A DNA stretch of 64,000 nucleotides from a candidate division FCPU426 bacterium (lineage in GTDB: Bacteria > Oederibacteriota > Muellerivitia > Muellerivitales > Muellerivitaceae), in assembly GCA_963847625.1 (NCBI GenBank), contig CAWKAR010000019.1, forward strand, positions 105,335 through 169,334, written 5' to 3'. The translations under genes and the position numbers were made by a program. A model generated the notes under the pieces. It made no database searches, was not told where the DNA came from, and saw nothing but the letters and a program-made list of their open reading frames with translations. Below are positions 50,740 through 60,896 of the stretch, in pieces; the first letter of the stretch is position 1, and every line of letters begins with the position of its first letter.

Positions 50740-50986
50740 TGCCCTCCCTCGTCCCGCTTCCCTGACTCCTCAATGATAACAAAACAGGATTTCTTTGGCG
50801 AGATTCTTTGACGGTCGGCATATGTTCAATGGCCCACTTAAGGGACGTCATGCTGATCCTCGGGTTCCTCCCGAAAATATACTTCGCCTTAATTTTTCCC
50901 ATCTTCACCCACCGGATGATCGTTCTCGTTGAAACGTGGGCGTAAAGGGCAGCCTCTTGATATGTAAATATTTTCTCCCCTTCCAT
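50714..50986 (-). CDS. Excisionase-like HTH protein
   Basis: FTYQEAALYAHVSTRTIIRWVKMGKIKA; overlaps the integrase start. Confidence 0.85.
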   Translation of the reverse strand: MEGEKIFTYQEAALYAHVSTRTIIRWVKMGKIKAKYIFGRNPRISMTSLKWAIEHMPTVKESRQRNPVLLSLRSQGSGTREGSDANSRRD

Positions 50987-51085
50987 GCCAAGCCCCCGCC
51001 TTCGCTCGGCTTTCCTTCGTTGTTCCTTTCTTTGATTAACCATTTCGCGCTCCCAAAGGCGGGGTTCCTTATAAAACCTTTATCT

Positions 51086-51388
51086 TCAGCCCTTCCCAGC
51101 AGCTTGTTCTTTTTCCTTGGCTTTTTTCTTATATTCGTCCACCGCAGCCTTTTCGATTTCCGCCTTCGCCTTCTTGTTGGCGTTACAAAAGTGGAAATAC
51201 TCCCCATCCTTTTTGCCTGGGCGGGATGGGAAACCCACGAACAACCCATCCCCATCCTTCTTCTTCACCAATGTCAGGTCGTTGAAATAGAACTCATAAC
51301 TGGCGATGGCAACCTTCACGTCGAAAAACGCCTGCGTGTTCTCCCCTTCGTAGGGGTACATCCTCGTAACCTTGACCTTTAAAGCCAT
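51086..51388 (-). CDS. spoVG: SpoVG family protein
   Basis: KVTRM...AFFDV...NDLTLV...GLFVGFPSR...GEYFHFC; AAGGAGG RBS. Confidence 0.8.
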   Translation of the reverse strand: MALKVKVTRMYPYEGENTQAFFDVKVAIASYEFYFNDLTLVKKKDGDGLFVGFPSRPGKKDGEYFHFCNANKKAKAEIEKAAVDEYKKKAKEKEQAAGKG

Positions 51389-51419
51389 TTGCTTCCTCCT
51401 TTGATTTTTATCCTGCCCG

Positions 51420-51761
51420 TCACCTTTTCACTTTTCTCCTTTCCTCCCTCGGTCCTTGGTTATCCTCTATAGGCACCTGTGCGCTTTCCTTGATTTTCTT
51501 CTCGTACTCGGCGATTGCGACTTTCTCAATGTCTTTCCGGGTATTTGCGTCCATGTAGCAAATATCGTGGTACTCTCCCTCCTGCCTTCCAGGCCTAGAA
51601 GGAAGGCCCAAGAAAAAACCATCCCCGTCTTTCTTCTTCACAAGCGTTAATTCGTTGTAACCAAAGACACGACCAGATATTTGGACCTTTGCTCCGACAA
51701 AAACCTTCGTGTGTTCCCCGTCATATGGAAACATCCTGGTAATCCTGACTTTTAAACCCAT
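51420..51761 (-). CDS. spoVG: SpoVG family protein (paralog)
   Basis: GFFLGLPSR..GEYHDIC; AAGGAG RBS. Confidence 0.8.
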   Translation of the reverse strand: MGLKVRITRMFPYDGEHTKVFVGAKVQISGRVFGYNELTLVKKKDGDGFFLGLPSRPGRQEGEYHDICYMDANTRKDIEKVAIAEYEKKIKESAQVPIEDNQGPREERRKVKR

Positions 51762-51798
51762 GCTCCTTCTCCTTTTGAATTTAATGACCAATGCAAAA

Positions 51799-53271
51799 TT
51801 ATTTTTTCGTTGGCACCTCCTTGTCGGCCAGGGTGTTCCTGGCAAATTCCAAAGCATCGTTTTTCCCCTTCTCATTAGCTGTTTCCAAATAAACCCACCA
51901 ATTGGCGGAACCTTTCTTGGTGGAATACTCGTGGAGGATTTCGAGAAGTTCTGGTGTGTATTTGACGGGTTTTGGCCCTGCGCTCTTGGGAGTTCCCCGG
52001 AAAACCACTGTGTTCCTTCCACTATCCTTGGCGGTGTATAGGCCGTGATCCGCCGCCGTAATAATTCCTTCCAGGTTGGTCCCGTCTTCCCCCCATTCCA
52101 CGAGGGCTTGGCTAATAGTCACCGGATAGTGAATAAGAAACAGATCGTCCTTCTTGTGGTCAAATCCATCCGTAAAGTGCCGGATGTCCTCTTTCTGGAT
52201 GATTTCATTCGTCTCCGTCACGACCTTTTCTTCGCAGTGCTTCCTGAATTCCTCCGCTTTTTCCACCGCTTCTTCTTCAGTCCCGTCCAGCACCCAAACA
52301 AGCTCCTCACCGCCATACCTCCATATCCTGTTTTTGGTGAAGATTTGCTGGCCCGCTTTCGCCAATGCTTTCAAAACGGCATTCCCGACCTGGTGGTTGT
52401 AGTGGACATCGTTAAAGGATTTGAAAAAGTCGATATCAGCCATAGCCAGGAAAAATTGGTTTTTTCTACGGGCAGCCAAGGCGGGTATTTGCTGCACAGC
52501 CGCCCGGTCGTTCAAAAGCCCCGTTCGGTGGTCCACCAGGGTTTCCTGTACCAAATCCTCCTGGGTGGTCTGTGTTTCCGATTCGGCCCTCATCTCCTTT
52601 TCCAGGAAGGGGTCGAAGATTTGGGCGAAAAGCCATTTGAGGGGTTTGACTTTCTTTAGCTTTCCCAAGGCTTCGTGCCGTCTTTTCTTTTTGGCCATTT
52701 CATATAGCCGGGTGATTTTGTTGTCAGTAACTCCTGCCTGCATGAGAGTCGTGCAAAGGGTGATGGTGCGGTGGAATTGGCTACAGGCGTAATGGGAAAC
52801 GGCCAAAAGCGTCAAATAGTTGTAGTTCTTGGGGTACCTAAGGCTTAAGGTTTCGAACTTCTCCACAGCGGTCTCATATTTCCCGGTGCGGATACACAAT
52901 TCAGCCTCCAAAGCCACGGCGTCGGGAAAATCCCTCTTCATGGCGAAAATCTCCCCTAAACTTTCACGGCAATCGGAATTGAGGCCCATTTGGTATTGGG
53001 CACGCGCAAGCAATACGAGGCTTTCAGGTGTCTTGGGAGAGAAGTTGTGGAGCCTGTTGATCACTTTGAGAATGGAATGGGGTTGCTTGTACCTGGCGTA
53101 AATTTTGGCCGCTTCCAGGTGAGCTTCAACGTTCTGGGGTTGGTGCCAGGAGATGACCTCATCAAAGAGCTTCAAGGCTTCCTTGAATCGGTTCGTCTCC
53201 ATGCACAAATGCGCTGATTGAAGGCACCGCCTGGCCAACTCCGGGTTTATCTGCAATACGTTTTCTTCCAT
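51799..53271 (-). CDS. TPR-domain diguanylate cyclase (GGEEL)
   Basis: TPRs; DHRTGLLN, MADIDFFKSFND, RYGGEEL, ADHGLYTAKDSGRN. Confidence 0.9.
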   Translation of the reverse strand: MEENVLQINPELARRCLQSAHLCMETNRFKEALKLFDEVISWHQPQNVEAHLEAAKIYARYKQPHSILKVINRLHNFSPKTPESLVLLARAQYQMGLNSDCRESLGEIFAMKRDFPDAVALEAELCIRTGKYETAVEKFETLSLRYPKNYNYLTLLAVSHYACSQFHRTITLCTTLMQAGVTDNKITRLYEMAKKKRRHEALGKLKKVKPLKWLFAQIFDPFLEKEMRAESETQTTQEDLVQETLVDHRTGLLNDRAAVQQIPALAARRKNQFFLAMADIDFFKSFNDVHYNHQVGNAVLKALAKAGQQIFTKNRIWRYGGEELVWVLDGTEEEAVEKAEEFRKHCEEKVVTETNEIIQKEDIRHFTDGFDHKKDDLFLIHYPVTISQALVEWGEDGTNLEGIITAADHGLYTAKDSGRNTVVFRGTPKSAGPKPVKYTPELLEILHEYSTKKGSANWWVYLETANEKGKNDALEFARNTLADKEVPTKK

Positions 53272-53275
53272 ATGG

Positions 53276-53872
53276 CTAAAACCTCTGGAAATCCGTCACG
53301 ATCAATTTCCCGTTTTCCTTCTTCACCACCACCACGAGGTGGAAGGGCAACTCGATCTGGGAACCAGGCCCCCTGGCGTCCGAGTTGTAAAGGTTCTTCC
53401 CTATGACCTTCACCCAATAGTGGGTCCCGTCCGTGTTCTCCACGCTTGAGCGGTCGATCTGCTGGTAGGAGACATAAGCCTTGGTGTCCGTAAGGAAGCC
53501 GACCCATTTAGGGTCGAGGAATGCTTCCTGGTAATAGGACATCATGTTGTCGCTCATGAGGTTCGCCACCTTGTCCACTTGGCGGTTGATGTCGGTGTAA
53601 CTGATGTTGAAAGCCATGATGGAAAACTTCTCAGCAAAGTCTGTTATCTCCCTGGTTTGGGGGTCCTTATCAACTACCTGGGATTTCTCCCCAGAAACTT
53701 CTTTCTTGGAATCCGCAACATGGCCTGACCTTCCCCAAAAGAGGGTGGAACCAAAACCAACCAGGGCAATAACGATTCCAAAAATGATTTTCCCGGCATA
53801 ACCCTTTTTCTCAGGTTCCTTATCGAGGAGATCAAGAATGTCATGCCCGTCCTCCTTTTTCGGTTCTGTCAT
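53276..53872 (-). CDS. VirB8/TcpC-like conjugation protein
   Basis: Single TM then NTF2-like pattern (FAEKFSIMAFNISY...KLIVTDF); adjacent to virB4. Confidence 0.6.
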   Translation of the reverse strand: MTEPKKEDGHDILDLLDKEPEKKGYAGKIIFGIVIALVGFGSTLFWGRSGHVADSKKEVSGEKSQVVDKDPQTREITDFAEKFSIMAFNISYTDINRQVDKVANLMSDNMMSYYQEAFLDPKWVGFLTDTKAYVSYQQIDRSSVENTDGTHYWVKVIGKNLYNSDARGPGSQIELPFHLVVVVKKENGKLIVTDFQRF

Positions 53873-53916
53873 TTCATGCCGACCTTCCATAAACCTTTAA
53901 GGGAGGTCGGTATAGT
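53872..53916 (-). promoter_or_regulatory. Conserved RBS-overlapping hairpin, copy 1
   Basis: CCGACCT-N18-AGGTCGG; near-identical to 62111-62155. Confidence 0.7.
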
Positions 53917-53948
53917 CCTAATATCCTTTAAAATCTTTTTATGGATCA

Positions 53949-56519
53949 TTAGGACATCTCCACCTCAGGTTTATTTACGACCATCTGGGCTTCTTTTTCC
54001 TTTGGGGCTGGCTTCAAGACGGTTTTGTTCTCCTTGTCCTCAATCCACTTGGCGATGGCCCCCAAAGTCGTAACCGGGTCTTCGTCAGGAGCGTAAGTTT
54101 CCAGGTATTGGTCGCGGATGGCGGCTTCTGGGCCGTAAGTGGTGGCGATGTGGTAGGCCAATTCGTCGGGATAGATGTTCACGATTCCCTGGCGTAGGGT
54201 CTGGTGGATCAGGGCTTGGGAATAGACACCTTTGACCAAGTGCAGATTCATGACCTTTTCCACTTGATTGGGGTTCAATTGGAGAAGGCCTTTGGCGTGG
54301 TCGATATCATCCCCGACCAACTTCAAAAGAATTTTGGTAGAGGTGTTTTTCAATATGGCTTCAACACCCTTCACCCCGAAAAACTCCCCGATTTCCTGTG
54401 TGGCGAAAATGGGCTGGAGCCTCAAATGCCGGGCAGTCTTGGCGATACGGAGTAAAAAAGCTAATCCAGCAGGGTATTGGGCCAGGTACCAGCACTCATC
54501 CATTGCAAGTTGGGATAACCGGTTTAGTTCCTTGTTCTTTTTTGCTTTCGATAGGCAGTAATTGGAAATGACGAATACGGCCAATCCCACGGCCTTCTTG
54601 TCGTTATCGCTGATGCCCGACGTATCGAAAACAATGAAGGAATTGTCAGCTTTGACGGTGGATTCACGATCCGTCAGGTTGGCATACATTCCCTTGCCCG
54701 TGAAAAGCTTCAAGACCTCGGCTTGCTTGCGGCAAATGTATTGGAACTCAGCAGGAACTTTCTTGTCGTCCGCAGTCTTTAAGAGTGTTTCCTTTAGGTC
54801 GGTTAATAGGGGCACCCGCCCCTCTCCAATAGTGTTCCGGTAGGTTTGCTTGACGGCCTCCTGGAGCAAGGCCTTGTCCAATTCCTCCGATTCCTCGATA
54901 CGGTTGTCCTTGATATTGGCCAGCACCACCCCCAGGTACATGATGATGCTGGAAATATGCTCCGAATCTATTTCCGCCTCCTTTTCCTTTATCTCATCCA
55001 AGGGATAATCAAAGATGTTTAGGTGGTGTTTGCTGTCCAAGTCGTAATTAAGGTACCTGCCTCCCGCTAACCTACAAAGGGTCTTATACGATTGGGACTT
55101 GTCGATGATCATGATGTAGGGATTCATGGGAAGGTTCTTGATGAGAAGCTGGTTAATGGAAAATGACTTTCCTGTGCCGGATGAACCTACTACAAGCACG
55201 TTCCAGTTTTCCGTTTCCCTTCCCCAAAGGTTCAAATGAACCATTTCACCCGATAGGGTTTTCCCCAAAGGAACCCCATCGGTATCTGCTAGGGGCTCAA
55301 ACAAACAAGGAACCGCGTTGGCCATAACCGCCGTGGCCTGGAGATGCTCATGGCCTGCTAAATCCGTGGCTTGTGGAATAGTTGAAAGAAACAATCGTTT
55401 CTGTTCCGCGTATCCTGAAAGGGGATGAACGTTCTTGAACATCCGGGAAAGGCTTTCATAACTTGAGGAAAGTTCCTTTAGGCTTTTGGAAAACAAGGTG
55501 ATGTAGAGGGAGAACTTGGCGAGTGATGTTTTCCTCTCGGAAACGAGCGAAAGAACACTTTGGCGGTAATCCAGCGCCGCCTGGGCTTCAAAGTTCATGA
55601 CGTTCTGGCGTTTCCACAAGGCCCCCTGGTCGCTCTGGATCTGTTTTTCAACTATTGATTGGGCACGGAACAGGTCCACCCCCTTGATATAGAAGGAAAC
55701 CTTGAAATCATCCGTTCGTTCGTAAAGTTCCTGGAAAAATAGGTTCTGCTCGTTGAAAGACGGAAATTCCGTCACATATAGGGTTTTTCCAAAGGTTTCC
55801 CCCACCTTGAAAAACTTCGGATCGCTAAAATCCCAAGGGGTGGTGGAAAGCATTTCCCGCAAGGTTTGAATCCCGTATTCACCCCCTGAGTAACCTGATG
55901 TTTTCTTGAACCTTTCTGGATTCCCTTGGAATCTTTCGAGGGATAATTCCTCATATAAGAGGGTAAAGATTTCTTCTTCAGTGGCCTCCTGGGGTTCCAA
56001 CCCCACGATGTTGAGCTGTGAAACCCAGGATTTCCCCCGCCTGAGGACTTCCTCAATGGGGGTAACGTTCGTTACCTTTTTTCTATTCGAAACCGTTCGT
56101 GGTTGAACTGTAAAAAGGACATACGACCTGAAATGGCAAATCCTTTCATCCGCGTAAAACCGCCTGAGCCAATTCCCCAGGAATTCCGGGTATTGGTTCC
56201 TGAAAATTTCTGGTGCGTTCTCATGAATTCTTTCGTTATATCGGCCAATGACGTCTTCCACATCGGCCAGAACCCTTTTGGTAAGAAATTGGACTTCCTC
56301 CCCGCTCCTCAAATCGGCCAATACCGAGTCCAGCTTTCTGACCTTTTCCCCCAACACTTCCGGGTCCTCCATCCATGGGTTCAACCCACCGGCTAATTTG
56401 AATAGGCAGGCGTATTGGTCCGGGTTCCTCAAAGCGAGGTAACCCGGCCCAACGGATCGAATTCTCAATAACCCGGCAACTGGATTGTTCTTAGCCCTCG
56501 ATTTGAAAAAGCCGCTCAT
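53949..56519 (-). CDS. virB4: VirB4-family type IV secretion ATPase
   Basis: N-terminal TraC/TrsE-like domain; GSSGTGKS, IIDK, AMDECW, ARH, FATQE, NTSTKILL. Confidence 0.9.
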   Translation of the reverse strand: MSGFFKSRAKNNPVAGLLRIRSVGPGYLALRNPDQYACLFKLAGGLNPWMEDPEVLGEKVRKLDSVLADLRSGEEVQFLTKRVLADVEDVIGRYNERIHENAPEIFRNQYPEFLGNWLRRFYADERICHFRSYVLFTVQPRTVSNRKKVTNVTPIEEVLRRGKSWVSQLNIVGLEPQEATEEEIFTLLYEELSLERFQGNPERFKKTSGYSGGEYGIQTLREMLSTTPWDFSDPKFFKVGETFGKTLYVTEFPSFNEQNLFFQELYERTDDFKVSFYIKGVDLFRAQSIVEKQIQSDQGALWKRQNVMNFEAQAALDYRQSVLSLVSERKTSLAKFSLYITLFSKSLKELSSSYESLSRMFKNVHPLSGYAEQKRLFLSTIPQATDLAGHEHLQATAVMANAVPCLFEPLADTDGVPLGKTLSGEMVHLNLWGRETENWNVLVVGSSGTGKSFSINQLLIKNLPMNPYIMIIDKSQSYKTLCRLAGGRYLNYDLDSKHHLNIFDYPLDEIKEKEAEIDSEHISSIIMYLGVVLANIKDNRIEESEELDKALLQEAVKQTYRNTIGEGRVPLLTDLKETLLKTADDKKVPAEFQYICRKQAEVLKLFTGKGMYANLTDRESTVKADNSFIVFDTSGISDNDKKAVGLAVFVISNYCLSKAKKNKELNRLSQLAMDECWYLAQYPAGLAFLLRIAKTARHLRLQPIFATQEIGEFFGVKGVEAILKNTSTKILLKLVGDDIDHAKGLLQLNPNQVEKVMNLHLVKGVYSQALIHQTLRQGIVNIYPDELAYHIATTYGPEAAIRDQYLETYAPDEDPVTTLGAIAKWIEDKENKTVLKPAPKEKEAQMVVNKPEVEMS

Positions 56520-56806
56520 ATTTCCAACTCGCTTGGTTCTCCACCTGGGAAATAACACTTGGGTTCTCTGTTGTACCGGATGATGTTTTCCAGGTGCCTT
56601 TCGGGCCAAAAACTTTTCATCACGAAATAGAGGGTGGCGAGAATCAGGATTCCAAAAAAACTAACAAGGGAGCCTTCCAGACCCCAGAAGATCATGAAAC
56701 CCACGAAGGCAATGGCGTCCCCGATGAAAACAAACATCAATTTGTGGAAATCGGAGGAATAGAAAAGCCCCCACATTTTGGATTCCTTCTCAAGGGGTAT
56801 CGCCAT
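56516..56806 (-). CDS. VirB3/PrgI-like two-TM protein
   Basis: IPLEKESKMWG..two TM..IRY; overlaps the virB4 start. Confidence 0.6.
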   Translation of the reverse strand: MAIPLEKESKMWGLFYSSDFHKLMFVFIGDAIAFVGFMIFWGLEGSLVSFFGILILATLYFVMKSFWPERHLENIIRYNREPKCYFPGGEPSELEI

Positions 56807-58693
56807 TTAAACCGTCCTTTTCCCCTGGGGTCCTTGGGGTCCCTTCCATGGCCTTTTGTAGTCCTTCCCTTGTTGAAGCTTTTTGGCGTAATCCCCGACA
56901 AGTTTTCTTTTCTCATTTTCATTGGTCGAAAATATCCCACTACCCTGGGCGTCCCTCTTGAGGCTTCCCGCAATGACATTTCCCGAAAATTTCTTGAGAA
57001 AACCAGAAACCGGGTTGTCCGGGTCTTCTCTCTTTGGCTTACCGCCAAGGCCTCCCAATTTCGCGATTGTGTTTAATCCCTGCATGGACTTTTGCCCGGC
57101 CAAGGCTCCCCCGGCTGTCCCAATCCCCGGAATGATGGAGCCCACCGCCGCACCCGTTGCGGCTGCCATGGCCTGGCTGGTTTCGCCTGTCATCGTCTTC
57201 ATGGCCCCAAATCCCCCAAGCCTTGCCTTATTAGCCCCTAAAACAGCCCCTTTGGTGTCACGGGCGAATTCATTGATCCCTTCCCCTTTCAAATTCCCTC
57301 CCTTGAAGGAAGTGAAAAGCGCTGCGAATTCCTGTGCATTGGAGATCAATTGAAGGCCGGCAAGTACCGCCACCGCAGTCAGAAGGCTGTTCACGCCGAT
57401 GGTTTCCACCCCCCAATTGATATTTGGTATCAGGTAAAGGCCGACCAAAGTGATGGCCCATATGATTGAATAGAGAAGGAGTTTCACGAAGTACTTGGTC
57501 GCCGCCCCAAAGATGGGAGCAGTCGCTGGGTGACCCAAACAGCCGATAAAGATGGGACCAAGGATGAACAAAACCCACAGGTTCAACACCTGGAAGAACT
57601 TCGCGAAAATGACCGCAAAACAAGTAATGAGTCCCCAGATGGCGACCCCACACTTGAGCAACCCGGCTGAAAACTCAGCCAACCGGCTCGTCGACGCTGC
57701 CGCCGTCGTGTTTCCCGCCGTCCCGATATTGGTGGAAGCCTGTCCTGATTGTTGGGGATATTGGGTCCCGTTATCCTGGACTAATCCTTGGAGTGAAAAG
57801 ATGCCTGGTGTTTGATTACTAATGGTGTCGGCACCCTTTGAGATCAGCACATGGACTAATGTGGGCATTCCAAGGATTAAGATGATCCCACCCATAGCCT
57901 GGAAAAACCTGGAATTCCCTTTTTGGGAATCCCCCGCCGAAATCGCCGAATAGCAGTTATAAAAACCAATCACCACCAGCCCCAACGCAACCAGGTAAAT
58001 CAGGTTCCAAATGACCCCTTGGACCGTGATGAAATTTCCCCGAAAGTCGTACTGGGACAATTGGAAAGTGCTGGCCCCACCATCCGCGTTCAAGTCGATA
58101 TTCTGAAAACCTTCCAATACCCCCGAAGTCCTCAAGGTGTTCTGGTTGTAGATGTAGTAACCCATAGCCGTCACGCCGGTCGTTAAATAAGAAAAAATCG
58201 TCGGCCAGGCGAAAAGACACAGAAACGCCGCCACGAATCCGATGACAAGGCTTGGGTCCACAAACCTGTTCCAAAGGCCGGATGACCTCTGTCCCGTATC
58301 GATCACGAATCCCACAATGAGGATGAAAAGCCCCGTACCACTGCTGATCTTCAGGAGATTCAATACCACTTGGACGGCGTTGGCCCCCATATTGTTGGTC
58401 AATGCGTTGTAGGTATTGGGTGAGGCTAAATTCGGGATATAGATCAGGAAGGTGCCAATGTATTTGTCATAAATCTTGAAGAGGGTTTGTAAGGCCCAAT
58501 CCCCGATTTTATCCATCCCCTGTGCGACCCAATCCCCCGCGTGTTTGGCCATGGCATCAAAAATCCCTCCCGACACCCCTTGCTCGATGGTCTGTGAGGA
58601 TGGGCCGCTGTCGGTGGATAGGAGCGAAATAGCTTCAGCCCTTGTGGCTCCCAAAAGGCATATGAAGATGAGGGGTAGGAGCCGCTTGACCAT
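56807..58693 (-). CDS. VirB6/TrbL-like polytopic protein
   Basis: Multiple TM; LWVLFILGPIFIGC; Gly/Ala-rich C-terminal tail. Confidence 0.7.
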   Translation of the reverse strand: MVKRLLPLIFICLLGATRAEAISLLSTDSGPSSQTIEQGVSGGIFDAMAKHAGDWVAQGMDKIGDWALQTLFKIYDKYIGTFLIYIPNLASPNTYNALTNNMGANAVQVVLNLLKISSGTGLFILIVGFVIDTGQRSSGLWNRFVDPSLVIGFVAAFLCLFAWPTIFSYLTTGVTAMGYYIYNQNTLRTSGVLEGFQNIDLNADGGASTFQLSQYDFRGNFITVQGVIWNLIYLVALGLVVIGFYNCYSAISAGDSQKGNSRFFQAMGGIILILGMPTLVHVLISKGADTISNQTPGIFSLQGLVQDNGTQYPQQSGQASTNIGTAGNTTAAASTSRLAEFSAGLLKCGVAIWGLITCFAVIFAKFFQVLNLWVLFILGPIFIGCLGHPATAPIFGAATKYFVKLLLYSIIWAITLVGLYLIPNINWGVETIGVNSLLTAVAVLAGLQLISNAQEFAALFTSFKGGNLKGEGINEFARDTKGAVLGANKARLGGFGAMKTMTGETSQAMAAATGAAVGSIIPGIGTAGGALAGQKSMQGLNTIAKLGGLGGKPKREDPDNPVSGFLKKFSGNVIAGSLKRDAQGSGIFSTNENEKRKLVGDYAKKLQQGKDYKRPWKGPQGPQGKRTV

Positions 58694-59056
58694 TCAACTC
58701 CCCGACAGGACGGAACTGACAGGTTTCGCCCCGAATTCGCCCGCCTTGAGGATGACAACGTTCAAAACAACTCCCGCCATGAGAATTCCCACGATGGCAA
58801 GAACACTTCCCCAAACCCGGTCCTTAGCTGTCGTGTCCCCCTTGCTGGATTCGGCCAGATGGTCCAGGACGTTCTTGACGCACATCAAAATCTTCCAAAG
58901 GCCATAGGCGTCCAGGAGAAACAGGATGATCATCTTGAGGGGGGACAATTCCGGCATACTCGCCAATGCCTGGGAACGAACGTTATCCGCGCACATGAAA
59001 ACTAAAGCCGTAATCCAGACCGTCTTTATCCAAACCAACTTGCTTCTTATCCTCAT
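58694..59056 (-). CDS. VirB2/TrbC-like pilin
   Basis: Signal plus two hydrophobic helices flanking GDTTAKDR; directly upstream of the virB6-like gene. Confidence 0.55.
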   Translation of the reverse strand: MRIRSKLVWIKTVWITALVFMCADNVRSQALASMPELSPLKMIILFLLDAYGLWKILMCVKNVLDHLAESSKGDTTAKDRVWGSVLAIVGILMAGVVLNVVILKAGEFGAKPVSSVLSGS

Positions 59057-59072
59057 GTTCTACTCCTTCAAT

Positions 59073-59933
59073 TTATTGGGCTGACGGTGCCCCGCCAGCG
59101 TTAGCCGACCCCTGGGATTGCAGTTGCTTGACGTTGACGCCCCCCAATTGTTGGAGGGCGACGCTTCCCCCGGTTTGATTCGTGTTGGTTCCTGCTGTAT
59201 TTAGGGCTGTTCCAGAACTCTGTCCCGACCCAAGGGATGTCCCCAATTGCTGTCCCGTCCCCAAGAGGGAACTTAAATTCGGTATCCCAAGGGCCTGCAA
59301 AAGCTGGGAAACAACCAAGGTTCCTAGGATTCCACCCAAGCTGGCGATGACCGTCCCGACAACCTGGTTGAAGACTTGGGCCAATTGGCTTTCACTTTGG
59401 GTGGGCTGATAGCCGGGGGCGACATATGGTTGGGGCAGGGCCGCGACCTGGTTGGCCGCCTGGTCGGCTCCCTGGATGTTCCCCGACTGCAAGGCCTGGG
59501 CTTCTTGGGTGTAAAGACTTCCCGCCTGCTGGAACTGCGGGTCATCGCTTTGCTGTAACTGGACCGCGTATTGCTGGAGTTGGTTGGCGCTCTGGGGCGC
59601 GAAAGCAGTCCCCGCCGTATTGGCTAATTGCTGGCTCAAGAGGGAAAGGCCCTGCATGACCTGGCACTTCACCCAATTGGAATGACTCGCCTGGTTGTAC
59701 TGGTTGGCCGTAAAGATGTGGAGTTTCCTGGGGACAGCGGCATAACTCCTCACAACCGCCTTTGCTGGATCGGCCTTGGGAAACTGGGAAAGTTGTTTCA
59801 TGAGCCAGTCCCTAAAATCTACAACGTTTGCCTTCAAGGCCTCCTCTATTTTGGGGTCATCGGGAACGGGACTAGCGATAACCGGAAGGTGGACCAGGGA
59901 CAAAATAAGCAAAGAAAAGAAAATCCCTTTCAT
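59073..59933 (-). CDS. Secreted Gln/Gly-rich helical protein (possibly VirB5-like)
   Basis: Signal peptide; Q-rich helices; hydrophobic C-terminal helix. Confidence 0.55.
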   Translation of the reverse strand: MKGIFFSLLILSLVHLPVIASPVPDDPKIEEALKANVVDFRDWLMKQLSQFPKADPAKAVVRSYAAVPRKLHIFTANQYNQASHSNWVKCQVMQGLSLLSQQLANTAGTAFAPQSANQLQQYAVQLQQSDDPQFQQAGSLYTQEAQALQSGNIQGADQAANQVAALPQPYVAPGYQPTQSESQLAQVFNQVVGTVIASLGGILGTLVVSQLLQALGIPNLSSLLGTGQQLGTSLGSGQSSGTALNTAGTNTNQTGGSVALQQLGGVNVKQLQSQGSANAGGAPSAQ

Positions 59934-60373
59934 ATCTCACCCTTTTTCTTGAGGGTGAAAAACAGTTCCGCTAGTTCCTCATGTCTTTCAACACCTGATA
60001 AGGCGACTCCAAATGGTTCCACACCGGGGATTTCAATAAAAAGGTCACCAATATTGAAAAGCTTTTGGACAAGGTTTTGTTTGCAAGTGATGTTGATGAT
60101 CTTGTCGTAAGGAATGGATCTGGAGCGTCTCACCAAGATTCCGGTGCGGATTTCAAACCAATCAGGTTTTATGATGAACTTGGTAGTAGCTAGGAATAAC
60201 CAAACGCAAAGGAATAGGAAAACTTCAAGAATCCAAAATCCCCTGAGGACATAGACAAGCCTCACTCCCTGGGGAACCAAAAGGAACAAGGCCACGGGAA
60301 CAATGAAAACGGAAAGGTATTGAAAAAAGGATGGATGCAGTACCCTGAAATTTTCAGAAATGTTCTGTTCCAA
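59930..60373 (-). CDS. Bacterial PH-domain (bPH_2) membrane protein
   Basis: Two TM; IRTGILVRRSRSIPYDKIINITCKQNLVQKLFNIGDL. Confidence 0.85.
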   Translation of the reverse strand: MEQNISENFRVLHPSFFQYLSVFIVPVALFLLVPQGVRLVYVLRGFWILEVFLFLCVWLFLATTKFIIKPDWFEIRTGILVRRSRSIPYDKIINITCKQNLVQKLFNIGDLFIEIPGVEPFGVALSGVERHEELAELFFTLKKKGEI

Positions 60374-60386
60374 AGTTCACCTTTGA

Positions 60387-60896
60387 TTAATAGAGTTGAA
60401 CGAATGCCGGGTCGCTGTCCTGGGTGACATAAACGGTCAACCCGAAATCCTTGATATAGGGCCGGTCCACCCTGATCCGGCATTTGTAGGGGTTATCCGT
60501 GGGCGTTCCCCCTTTCAAAAACACTTCCCTGTTGGATTGGCGTTTCAAAAGCCATCCCTGGATGGTTTGGTCGCTTGAAATATCGATAATGAAATTGGGG
60601 CCGAAATTCGTAACCAATGCGCTGACCTTGGCCACGTCGGTTTCGGTTTGGAAGTTGTAGGTTTGGGTCTGGAAAGGGATTCCGGTTGGAAGTGCCTTCG
60701 GCATGGCCCTCTTTGCCCGGTGGGTGCCTGAAGTTTCCCCGCTTGGATTCCCAGCCCAAGAATCATCCGGAGCCTTATGTTCCATTACCTGTTCAATGGC
60801 CCATTGATCCCTTTCCCGGACAGCAATAAATGGGTTTTCCTCTGCTATTGCGGGGGTAATGATTAAAAAAAACATAAATGGTACGAAGTACCTCAA
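60387..60896 (-). CDS. Secreted hypothetical protein
   Basis: Signal peptide; overlaps the upstream stop. Confidence 0.65.
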   Translation of the reverse strand: MRYFVPFMFFLIITPAIAEENPFIAVRERDQWAIEQVMEHKAPDDSWAGNPSGETSGTHRAKRAMPKALPTGIPFQTQTYNFQTETDVAKVSALVTNFGPNFIIDISSDQTIQGWLLKRQSNREVFLKGGTPTDNPYKCRIRVDRPYIKDFGLTVYVTQDSDPAFVQLY

